From contig NC_047021.1 in the NCBI RefSeq assembly GCF_902652985.1, positions 24,986,001 through 25,050,000 of the forward strand: a DNA stretch of 64,000 bases, in the 5' to 3' direction. This stretch comes from Pecten maximus (Eukaryota). A program made the position numbers and the translations under genes. Positions 27,946-40,347 of the stretch are shown here, in pieces. The notes under the pieces are model-generated. The model ran no database searches, was not told the origin of the DNA, and saw only the letters and a list, made by a program, of their open reading frames with translations. The stretch's first letter is position 1; every line of letters begins with the position of its first letter.

Positions 27946-29749
27946 ATATCTATCTATCCCATACAGGTATGTCATATTTAGGTTGTATGTCATCAACCTA
28001 TGGTATCCTGTTTGGTAAGCTATTTCCGTGGCTTTCAGAAAGGAAGCGTTCAAGTGAAACTGATGTGCTGTTTTGTGACTCACTTTTATATTTAAAAAAG
28101 CAACACTCCGATATCGGGCTAATCTGGTTTGGAAGGAGCTCGAGAGTAGCATGGTTATCCTGTTAGTTGAAAGACAAACACTATAAAAATGCAACAACGT
28201 TATTAGACCGTCCCTTTGTATACAGTTCCAAGCCCATGAACCATGTATTGACTTTGTCCATATATCTATGACTTTATTCTTTGATACACCGGTTGATCTA
28301 TATCCTGATCGACACACGTTATTTTATCATTGATTTGCTCCTTTTGTGTTTCTTCTATAGTTCACGATTCATTGGCAATGCGTAGGTTTTATTATTTTCA
28401 TATCTGTATCGATGTTTTAAGTTTCCGCCAAGATCGTTTCAAGCGATTGAAAGTTGTGAAAATCCAGTATGGTTTCTAAAAAAAAATGCTTTATTAAATT
28501 CATCTGTGGCTGAATAACGAACATGCTACATGGAGTTGAGGTTTCCTGAAACATTGGAAGTGTACTGGCCATCAAAATTCTTACCACAAATATCAATACT
28601 GGTATATTAATGCATGTAGTAGAGGGATTTATGGAATACGTAGTCAGCTCCAATTCTTATAGAAATAATTAATTGCAATATATCGTTATTTCTTAAGCAG
28701 TGAATAACAACAACTAAATATCTATTAATTATGAAAAAAAATGCTTTTATTCTTATGACACGTGGATCATATACTTGAATAAGTAGATGGTATTAAATAT
28801 ACTCTCATTTTTGTGAAATATTTGTTACATTCAACAAGAAACCATTCGATTTGCTATTCATTTCATGTATAATGGCGAAAATAAAGAGAGAGATATCTTA
28901 TCAGTCCAAAAAGAAGCAGCATAATCTGTGATGTCTTTATGATGTTACACTTGACAACTTTGGCTGCTCAACGTAATTTCAGCGTAATCTGCTAGTAAGA
29001 TTTGTTAACATAATCATCCAATTTTAATGTGATGAATAAAACGCAGTGTTCTGCTCAAAATATATGCAATCACTGCATGATGAAAGTAAACCTGCCTTCA
29101 ATAGAAAGTTATTGTACGATAATTTAGAAATGATTGAAGACATCCTGGAGAAACATGAGTTATCTCTCTTCAGTCGTTTTATAACACAAGACCGTATATA
29201 TATGTGTAGATGCCTCAGCTATCCTTCAATTTGACACAGTAGTACAAAAAGCCAATTAGTGCGTACTTGTCCAATTTGTATGACTTTACTATTTCCTATG
29301 CCCCGATTGGTCAAAATACCACAAGGTCTAAATATACCAGGTGCTGAGATGTTACATCGAACTGTACAGAATCCTTATAAGCCAATACAACAGTCCAAAA
29401 CCACGTCCATCCAATCACAGTTGTGATTAATATACTCCAGCAACCTGTGCCGCATTTTTGTTTTACTACACATAAGTAATTAAATAAACAATGTTTATGA
29501 TTACACAGTTTATCACATATACTTGATATGATGTGAATAAGATGTTGCATTAAGCTGAATATTTGCCGAAGTCTGAATAAATCCTTGCTCTCACCTGAAA
29601 TCGGGTCACAAACTGTATGATTGTTTTCATTCTTTGACAAAAACACAACTGATATATCACATATTGAACATTGTCATCTCGTCACTGATATGTCGTTGTC
29701 ACGGAAGTTGCCATTGTCAGTGCAAGAAAACTATTGAAATCTCTCCTTT

Positions 29750-32700
29750 TCAATCGTTTATATTAATAATGGCGCTGGTTATCTGCATACCTCTGTCACT
29801 CTTCTTAAAGACAATCACAGATCTGAAAAAGTCAATAATGGTATATAGATAGGTCCGGTAGCATCAATATATAGTACAACACATATTATTAGGACACCTT
29901 TGCCCTTTCTCTTGTTTGGTATTATAACTCTACAAAAAAGAAAGGCCCGCCAATTCCGATTTCAGTGACCCATTAGCCAATCGCTCATTCGAGGAACCAC
30001 ATCAGCCATTTTCGGATATGTTCGTGAACTTGTATGCGCATGCTCGTATAGACAGTCGTTGGCGGCGATTAATTTTCGCACTTCGGGTCGAATTTACATT
30101 CTGAAAATCACATATTTTTAAGAACTTTCGGTCATCTTCGGGCTTTGAGTGTTTATAACTTTTATTGCTTGAGAAAAATACAAGATTCCTCTTCTTAATG
30201 TTGTGTTTTATAGCTTAAACTCGTTTCAACGACGGAATGCCCCTTTAAGGAATTAATAAGATACAAAAATAAAACGTTGGTAGAGCAATTGCGATGTGAA
30301 TATATGGTCATATATCCAAAGACAGTTTGGTGATGCCCAGTGGCATCCATGGTAGACACATCAGTGATTAAACTGCCAGATATATATCGCTTGCATGCTG
30401 AGAGAGTTATAACACACGGATTTTATTGTCGGGCCACATCTGACACTATACGCAGGTGACAAGTGTGCCTTGATTGGATGTGTCCGAGGTTTGAGATCAC
30501 TCGTCACATCTCGGCCGATTCCGTACCTACATCTAACCGGAATCGGCCGAGGTTAGCCGAATGGTTTGAGGTGCGCCGGTGGATCGCGTGATGTTCTCTG
30601 ACGTATATACTTCCTATATCCCTCAGACGGGAGAAAAGGGCTTTATCGCGAACGTGATGAGCGTGTCGCCGACGCACGCATGGTAAAACTCGATAGACTC
30701 TCTGGAATTATTGTAATGGCTTAGGGAGGCACTTCTTATGGAGAGAAATACTCTTTATTGAACCTAAATCAAAACCTTAATGCCGTAAGATACAGAGACC
30801 AGGTCCTTCAAGCACCTGTCCTTCCTCAGTTTCCAGCAAGACAATGCTTACCGCAGCAATACCCAGCATGTAGAATGTCCTATATATGTCAGTTCTGCCA
30901 TTAAAATTCTTTGGGATGAGTTTCAAAGGCGTATCAGAAAACGTCAGAACCATTCAACTAACCACGCCCAGTTTATTGTAGCATTGACGCACGAATGAAA
31001 CAAAATTCCCATGAAGTGCAAAACGTTCCCACACCACGTAATGAAGTGTCATTTTTTTTTCTATGTGTGTGTGTGTGTGTGGGGTGGGGTGGGGGGTTAC
31101 CACACAGACTTTCGTTTTGTAAATAGTAGATTTGCCCCTTACATTGATATCAAATTTTGCACGAACATACCAAACAATATAAATCAAAAGTTGAATTATA
31201 CGTTTCCTTTTTGTCGAGTTAATTTAATTTTCCTCGACGCTATAGGAAATGTAACCAGGATTTCAATTGATGAAAAATATTCTCTTTTGTTATCTTTAAG
31301 TCTTGTTTTATGTTTTTCGTATGAACATAGATCGTTCTACAACCACAGACGGTTAAACGTGATCTCTTACATCTTCAATAAATCTCTTTATTTGATATTA
31401 TGTTACATTCGTAGGATTCTTCTTTCTATTCTGATAGAACTTCAAATTAACTACAATGGTCCCGCATTTAAGTAATAACTTCACAAAACATAACGATATA
31501 TCTAGTAAAGCACATCCCACTGTGATTTATTTCAATGTTTTTAGGCAAGTCTTGTTTCATTTTCTTATAATAGTAATAAGTTGATGACGTCATACTTACA
31601 TGATAATCGCGACAGACATAAGATTGAAGCCTGCCATGACCAGGAAGGTTAATCCGCGTATGCTGGTCTGAGTATGGGCGTATATGTTGTTAAAGATGGT
31701 AGACCCGGCCATAGTAGAGACCACACTCACTAAGTAAATTACCGCAAACAGGGTTCCTTTAAAGAAAGTTGTTTGTGTGAAAAGGTCAATCATCATGTGT
31801 GTATAATTCATAACAAGTATCATCAATGTACATTTCATATTTTGTCACAGTCAGAAACAAAATGAAGGAATGATTCTGGTGTAGAACATTTTGTGCTTAT
31901 TATACATGTACCTGAAACAAAATTGGGTCGACGTCCACGTTATTAATCATAAACTTCGAAAACTTTCTGCACCATATAATCGCTTTTTACGTATGAAAAC
32001 AGTTGCAAAAAGATCACATGTTTGTGGAATAATTACAGGAGAATTTACGTACAATGTAAATGAGGCAGTGATTCTGAAATCGAAGTCAGTAATACTTTTT
32101 TTATAAACATTTCTATAACAAGAAAGGCTAACCATCTATTCAAATAGATGACTAGCCTTACGTTGTTCATCCGTCATGTTAATCTTTTTTTTTATATCCA
32201 GGTAATGTCGCCATTTTAAAATCAAACGTGGTGACAAAGAAATATGTTACTAATATATCGACTATAAAGCTTTTCTAGAAAGAAAGAATATTTATTTTCA
32301 GTAGATTTTTAATCATTCATGCCGAGTCAACTCTGTGTGTTGAAACGTTCGTATAGACACCCACAAATGAATTGCGATAGGAAAACTGAACTTGTCACGC
32401 TTTCTTCTTACTTCTTCGAAAAGAAAACCTCTCATAAAAATAGAACGAAGGCGTTGGTCTAGTTTGAAATTGGATGTGTAATTGGAAGAGAAAATGAAAT
32501 ACTTTAATAGGAGAGAGGTATTCCGAAAGCAGCTGACTGAAAAGAACGCTCTATAAAATCAAACTAAATTCACATTCTATTAAGTCCACACCTGTGCCAA
32601 CCTGATGATGAAATGTCCAAATTGTGAGGTTTTGGAATCAAATCCAAACGAGTCGGGTTTAAATGTCTATCATTGTACGGTAGATTGCACAATAATGAAG

Positions 32701-34884
32701 CATTGTTAGGTAGTATTTCGTCTACAGAGAAATAGAAGAATCGGAGGCGGTCCGATGAAATAAGGATGGTTATTCTTGGTTGTTTTACTCTACCATCAGA
32801 ACCAGGTGACAAATGAATTGGACAACCTCCTCATTGTCGCTGTATTTTGTCATTTTGCCAATTTAATACAATAATTGTGAAAGGTATATTTCTATGCAAA
32901 CGTTGGTAAAATAAGACACTGAAACCTTACCTTGATATTCTGGAGGAACCATCTTAGATAGCGACACTTTTAGGCATGGTGGGAAAGCCATAAGGAGAAT
33001 ACCAATACCGGCTCCTACAGGAAGAAACATGTATTTTTGTAATTTTGATCATAAAAATGGATCATGTGTGTTGGTTGAAATGTAACCAGATCCATTTTCA
33101 TTTATTATTCGGCATAAATTGTGTATTTTGATTGGGCAAAGAAGAAATTCTAACAGTGTGGACAATGAAAAATGTCATTTTTTCGAGTCACTTCATCCCT
33201 TTATCAAGACATAGAGAATTGATAAAGAGGTGGATAGCCTCGAAAATTTTATTGTTCGCACTGTTAGAATTACTTGTTTGCCCCATATTAACATAATTCG
33301 TTTCCTGCAGACAAACCTTTGGTAAAATCCTGTGTTATTCGGATAATTACCGTGGATAGTACGTTTTTAACCAATATATATATATATATATACAACATAG
33401 AGGTTATCCGTAAGAAATTCATTTCAATTTTAACAAATTTTATTGTACAAAGTATTCAATAGGATCAGATAACAGGCTAAGCCTTTGCAAATCTTCAAAT
33501 CCGTGAAAAAAATGTTTTACAATCATGCAATAATTGCTTTACATGCAAGCCTAAAACAAGAGCATTTTCGAATGAATTTATCACTTTGATAATTATAATT
33601 TTATCATAATTGTTAGAAATAGGAAGCAAAAGATAATTACAGGTATTAATTCATAAAACAATATAACGTACATGTTTACTGGTTCAATAAAACGTCATAA
33701 AATGATTACATGGCTCCGAGGTGCCCATTGTAGCTTAACTACATATTACCTGCATATATCATCCAGTCTGTAACAGCGAATGCAAACATCAGATAAAACC
33801 CCATGCCTGACAATAAACCCAGGACTGCAATAGTTTCGTCACTGAAACACTTCTGTAATATCATCATGAGCGACGGGCCAGCGAGCATATGTACGGCTGA
33901 CTCGGCAGATTGGAACCATCCAATATATTGGGAATCCCAGCAAAAGGGTGTTCTCAGCTGAAGCAAAATTTCTATATCCTCTCTGTTGTCGTTAGGCGCA
34001 TAGAAAAATAGAAAACCCACCAAAGACGCTATATACACCCATATAGGAAAACGTTTATTTTCTTTGTCACTGATAAATGTTTTTAGATTCGATAAAATGT
34101 TTCTAAAACCAGAACTCTTGACTTCGACTTCATTTTTAAAAAACAGAATTACCAAAGCTGCAGCAAGTAGTAAAAGCAAGAATGCAAAGGCAAGAAGCCA
34201 CACAAATCCAGAGCTTTTAATAATAAATCCCTCGACGAATTCGGAAGAAGATAGCCCTACACCAGCTGAGAAATACAATAAAGCAAATGCCAATGAACGC
34301 GATTTACTAGCGACTGTCAAATCTGCAACAGACGCCGACAAAGTTGCAAAAAGGTTAAATTGTGCGCCACCAAGACCTGATATGGCATATCCTATATACA
34401 GATAATCTAGAGGCAAATCAAACGCGGCTACTAAGGACATACATCCATAAAGTAAACTATTGGCCACAAATGAAAAAGATAAACAGTATTTTCGTCCAAT
34501 AACATCAGAGTAGGTACCTAATAATGCTATCATAGGAATGGATATGGACATCTGTACCAGACTTAAATGCCACGTAAGAGTGGCTGCCTCTGTCTGACTT
34601 TCGTCCTCGGCAAGAGACCCGTTGATCTTCCCACACGTCACTGCGGATTTGTTGAAGGCAGAGCTAGATCTAGTATCACTGATTCGTTTGTATAAGAACT
34701 GAGTTTTACACAACATAAACGTGCTGTAACTGATAGCAAAGAGTAGCATCAGGATGTTCCTCAACATCAATCCTGACCATTGGGTTTGTTTGGATCCATC
34801 AGAAATCAATGGACATTGCTCGTCTTTGTTGCCAGTATTAGACTCAACGGCGTGTGCAACTGGTTGTTGTGGGTTGACTCGCAT
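29750..34884 (-). CDS. SLC46-family MFS transporter, copy A (PCFT/SLC46A3-like), 482 aa, 4 coding exons
   Basis: Exons 34884-33750, 33014-32931 (84 nt), 31756-31600 (157 nt) and 29822-29750, all GT-AG and in phase (1,1,2). MFS motif A GTYSDVIGRK; SGLGG; PFCWDS..IG; LSKMVPPEYQGTLFA, typical of SLC46. Confidence 0.9.
30330..31050 (+). mobile_element. Degenerate Tc1-like transposase remnant in intron 3 of SLC46 copy A
   Basis: Homologous to the 37420-37920 copy (GGGAGGC..TTCTTATGGAG, AGATACAGAGACCAG, CAAGACAATGCT = QDNA); many stops and indels. Confidence 0.65.
33144..33271. mobile_element. Foldback MITE-like hairpin in intron 1 of SLC46 copy A
   Basis: Arms AATTCTAACAGTG ... CACTGTTAGAATT; inner CTTTATCAA ... 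TTGATAAAG. Confidence 0.55.
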
Positions 34885-36826
34885 TTCGCTGACAATGAAG
34901 TTCCGATGTTTAGATGGTTTCCTTAGCTAGCACAATAAAACGGAATCGGTCAGCATTAAACAGAACGAATGATTCCTATTGATGTTGGGACATGTTCAGT
35001 CCATGAATGTATGTAAATGAGTAACAGTGTTGTCGAAGAGAAAGTACATGACATCATCAATTTAAACTTAAGCACTCTGGTGTTGTATCTATTGTAGGAG
35101 AGATAACCTACATAATACCACCTGTTATAGTAATACACCAAGATGATAACGAGACTCCTGGCCGGGTCAGTATATATGCACACATTGATATCATATGATC
35201 CATGATAATGATAATCTATATACATTGTTTAAGTAGCCTTAAGCAATTGTGCATTAGACTTTTTATAATGGTTCATAAGTTAGGTCAATGGCTGAATTTC
35301 TATTACATAGTTTCAATCGAACATGTAATATCGATAATCGTGTGAAAACCCGATATTAAACTAGCTCAGGAACGGACATACGTCCCTCCGGGTAACAGGT
35401 TATTGAGCACGAAATCGGGTTATATTCGTATTGTTACATTGCAATGTGTATATTCTTCTACTGAGATAAATGTTAGCAGTTTTAACATTTCTACTTCAGT
35501 TTTGTGGTGTTCATATTGGTGATGACGTAATAAATTAATTACTTCATAATTGACATAATCACATTATACATCAGTTGATTGTACATATGAATTATCTTTT
35601 GTAAGTGTTTCTTATGAAAAAAACATCAACACAGCCGTCAAAGATATACAAAATTCTAGTAATCATGAATGATATCCTAATCACTTAATTCTGCATTAAA
35701 ACAAACTAATCTTTATTGTTATATAGCATATAATGAATACTGAAATGAAGTAACTCTCGGAGTACCTTTGTAAAAATGGCATCGAATCGATAGATTTATT
35801 CAACTCGGTTTGAAATACAATAATATAAATATGTCTAAGGTAGCTTTTGTTGATTGATTTGTCTGTACTATACCTGATATGCTTGCCTTTAATGAATGTT
35901 CTCTATCATATCGTTGAACAAATCAAAATCTATCAGACATCTTAAATGAACAATTTAACTTTTTACTTTTATATTTTGGCATTGTAGACTGTGTTTGCTT
36001 TGATAACACGTTTGCAAAGAAAGAAAGACAATGTATATTAGCATTTATGAGCATTCAACGCTGTATCACAAGACTACATCAAACTGAAAATCCAAATATT
36101 TGATATACAAATGTATATCTGCCTCAGTTATTCTTAAATTTGTCACAGTTAGGTGTTCACCATTTACCTGACAGTAGATCAGAACTCACTAGAATTGTTA
36201 GTCATCACACTAGGTAATAGGAGGCTGTTATGAAAAGAAAACTATTTGACGCAACCAGTTGCTCTGGTAGAAAACGAACTCATCTAACCCGTCCGGAAAA
36301 TTGTCTTATTATATGGCTCTTATTTTTCCTGCAAGCAACTTGGTCAAAACAAATCGAAAGGTTTATAACATATTACTACGAGTCACAAAGCCCTACATAA
36401 TCCTTGCACATGAGGTAAATATAACCGCCCGAATCCCCGTCAGGCGCATAACAGATGTATAGTACAATCCAATATAATATTGTTATCATTAAATACACAT
36501 GTTTACGTTTATCACAAATGTCATACAATAAAAGAGTTATTGACCAATAACAATGTAATTATGTCCATTGCTTAATCAACCAACATTATTTGATCAATCC
36601 TCAAAAGTGATATTTTTCTCAGTTAATATCACCTTCTCAGGTTAATAAGTCATCATATTCATCTTAAAACAGGTCAATAATTGTATACCTATTTTTTACT
36701 ACTTGATACAAACTCAACTGATATATCACATGATCCACGTTGCCATTTCGATACTGGAAACATTTTAGATATTAACGATACCTGAATTAAGCTTTAGTGA
36801 GATGTCATTGCCTCTGTGCAGGAAAG

Positions 36827-36920
36827 CTATTGACAGGTGGTCTTTTCCGAAATATTTATAGTCATAATGGAGGTGATTATCTGTAACCCTCTGTCAATCT
36901 CCCTAAAGACAACCATAGAT
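36827..36920 (-). other. Orphan paralogous copy of the SLC46 copy A terminal coding exon (pseudogene remnant or alternative last exon of copy B)
   Basis: Intact acceptor TTCTTTTTCAG, then open frame (I)SMVVFREIDRGLQIITSIMTINISEKTTCQ* versus copy A (I)SVIVFKKSDRGMQITSAIININD*. Flanking 3'UTR and intron sequences are also homologous. Confidence 0.8.
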
Positions 36921-37419
36921 CTGAAAAAGAATAATAAAAATGTATAGATCGGTCCTCATGCATTATTAAAGTATAAGTCATTTCCCATTTATTTATTTAT
37001 TTATTTATTTATTTATTTTTGGTAGAGGTGAGGTTATATATACTCGATAAAGATATCACGTATAAAGTATTCCCCTGCAGAACACATTAACCTGTAAGAA
37101 AAAAAAGATTATATACACTGTATTTGGTATTCAATAAACCATGACGTCAATATTATCTGGCTTTATAAGCTTCCTAAAACCAAATGCCGTGACCTGATAA
37201 GCTAGGTGGGTTGCTTTTAACTTAGCTTTCCAACGGGGACTTTAGGCTTAGCCACATTCATTTTCAACGTGGATATTTGGATTTCACCATTGATAACGAT
37301 TCAACAAATTTAAAGGGGGTAGAGCAATGTCGATGTTAATAGATGGTCATATAGCCATATTATCTAGATCTTTTTGTGCACCAAAGTTTACAATTAATCG
37401 TTCTTAAATACGTTATCAT

Positions 37420-37920
37420 GCTACTTGGTAAGTTTCTGCCGTCCCAGAAGAGGTTCCCCTTATATAAACAACGCACGACAAGACAGGGCAATTCGAATGT
37501 TGGATCGCTGTAGAGACCCCACCTTAGCCATCTTTGGTAGACCAGTGCTTAAACGGACAGGAATGGCTTTGTGTCCAGTTGAGCGTTTCACTGATGCATG
37601 CCTTGTTGAAAGCGATAGATTTGTTGGGCCTACTGTAATGGTTTGGGGAGGCGTTTCTTATGGAGTAAAATACCCCTTAGTGGTCCTGAACTAATACCGC
37701 CATGCTGTTAGATACAGAGACCAGACGCTACATTTCCTCCCACCTCTAAGACGTCTTAACCTCACTTATCATCAAGACAATGCTCGATCACAAGTTGCCA
37801 GATTCTACCATGACATACAGCAAACAATATGCAGCCTCTAAAATAACCTCCCTATAGTCCCGACATGTCTCTCGTTGAGCATCATTGAGCTTGATAAGCG
37901 TGCAAGAAGTACTCACACCA
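37420..37920 (+). mobile_element. Degenerate Tc1-like transposase remnant
   Basis: Translated fragments SDRFVGPTVMVWGGVSY, AVRYRDQ, YHQDNARSQVAR and *PPYSPDMSLVEH match Tc1 motifs (VMVWG, QDNA, SPDLNPIEH). Confidence 0.8.
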
Positions 37921-37975
37921 AGTAATGAATTATAATTAACAAAAACTAAACAAAAAACAAAAACAAAATGATTAA

Positions 37976-40347
37976 ACCAACAAACGGCTGAACAATTTCT
38001 GCATATGCATATCGCAAATTCGGCAGTTCAAACATTTATCGTTAGTGTTTGCACAGAAACTAATATTTAGGTCAGCGTACTATTTAGTTACATAGTTTTA
38101 TTTGCAAATTTGACCTTGTCAGATACACAGTAAACAATATTTGATTTGTTAACGACATATTGTGACAAGGTACAACGGTACATTTATACATTTTAACACA
38201 CCTGCCCGATGACAGAGCGAAGTAATGACATAGTTCGGCGAATCTCAAAGATGATTTTTAAGAAGTATTCCTGCTCATTAGTTTTTATATCTAGTGTCGA
38301 GGCACCAGTAAGAATCGTGTGGACTATACACGTTCTTTTAATGATGAACTATATATTCGTCTTTTAGCATACTGGTATGAATAACAATCAAATGTGCTGT
38401 AACAGCATGACAATGACTCCAATAACCCTAGGGTCTGTGTCAAATGTATTCAAACAACTTCCTCCTTACCAATAATCCCTTGACCAATGTAAATGTCCTT
38501 CTCTAGATAATGAGAAAGCCCATTGTTATCTTTGGACGTTAAGAAACCTCTAGAAACCTTACAGGAGACCTCGCGACACAACTGTGTAAAGTAAAACACC
38601 TGGTGTAAGGGTATTAACAGTTAAAATGTGAATGATCTTAGCCTTATAAGTTTTAGATACATGCAGCTTAACATACACAAGTATTATACAGTAATTTGAA
38701 ATGTTAAAATCGTCCGAGAGAGAGCAATACTGTGAATAGCTATGATAATCAAAGTGACAAGGCCACTTGATAGGCGGATTAAAATAAAGTAACATAAACG
38801 CAGTACATCATATAAAATGACAGGAAATCGGAACAAAATTTTATTTTCAAGGGACCAACCAACCAATTGTTTTTCCATGGACTTTAGTGTTAACGTTTAA
38901 GTATTTCAATCAAATTCTTGAATTCAATATGACAATTATGGTTTGTAACAAAAGTTTAGGGTCTCATATAACACCTAATAAAAAAAAAGTTGGGTCCTTC
39001 AGCTCAAATTATCTCCAGGGTAGCCATATCTTCGCAGTAAAAATTCTCAAAAATCTTAAATGTCTACCTGTTAATTATCATTACCTGAACTTTTGGAAAG
39101 AAAATAAATCGGACTTACTTACTTATTGATAGTTACCTATAAGGCTATCTATCTCTATTTTCTTACTTCATAAGATACTGGCCAACCAGTGGCTGCCACA
39201 CATTTTATCCTTGGCTCAACTTTCTAAGCACAGGGGATGTTTTAAAGATTTTTTTTTTTTTTTTTTTACAAATGTAGGTTGTTCCTTCAAAGTGATTGTG
39301 TATTCATGGATGGTTACAGATGACGATCATGCATTCTCATGGATATGATTGACTTTGAAAAAACTATTTTGCTGAAGAATGCTTACTTATCTTTTAACGT
39401 CAACTTGGTATAGTTTGATTACATGTAACCTCACAGGTAGGACAAACTGATTTAACTGATTGGGCTTCCGTCGATGTCAGTTTAACTTCATAATAATCAT
39501 GAAAAAGGTGTTTCTGGTGTTTAATTCTTAAATCGGTAGTGCTCAAATGTCCTTCACGTTTCCTTGTCAACCAGACCGCGATTATTTCCCTGCAACATTC
39601 CCGGAAACTGTCCCACATATTAAAGTCGCTCATTTACGCTAAAGTTTTTTTTTCTACATATCAATTAATCTGGATCATGATTAGATAATTGGGTTTTCAT
39701 AAATTTTGCTAGAAGAAATTAATCTTAGAAATTCATCACTTGCTACCGCTTAATAGGCTTATCTTGTCGGTGAATTGTTAAATCACACATTCTGGAGTTA
39801 CATATAGAGGTGAGTGACTAGAATAAGGCATATTGGTCCAGGGATTCTTGGTAAGTTGGTAGTAGTTTGAATGCATTTGACCCCATGGTTATTGGAGTCA
39901 TTGCCATGCTGCTAAAACACATTTGATTGTCATTCATACCAGAATGTTAAAAGACAAATATTGTTTCCTTATACTTTGGACAGCGAACAATTCCATTCAT
40001 TTAAAAAATGCGTATAGCCAGATATATAAGCTATCGAGAAGGAATCTTTTTCGAAAACCATCCTCGTAAAATACACCGAATCTTTGTCATTACTTTGCTC
40101 TCCTCTCTGTCAGGTGCGTTAAAATGTATACCTGTACAGTTATACCTAGTCATAATATAGGTCGTTAACATATCAAATACTGTTTATTGTGCATTTTACA
40201 AAATCCTATTTACACATGAGACTATATAAACTAAATCAAAGCTATCCTCTATAACATATTCTGTGTTAACATTACCGATAACTGTTTGACCATCTGAATT
40301 CGTTAAAACATTCGTTTAACAACTGCATTGTTCAGCCGTTTGTTGGT
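37976..40347. repeat. Diverged ~520-bp inverted repeat (37976-38492 and 39831-40347) around a ~1.3-kb spacer
   Basis: Outer 21 bp perfect (ACCAACAAACGGCTGAACAAT / ATTGTTCAGCCGTTTGTTGGT); further matches such as CAATGACTCCAATAACC / GGTTATTGGAGTCATTG and TGTTAACGAC / GTCGTTAACA. Confidence 0.8.
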
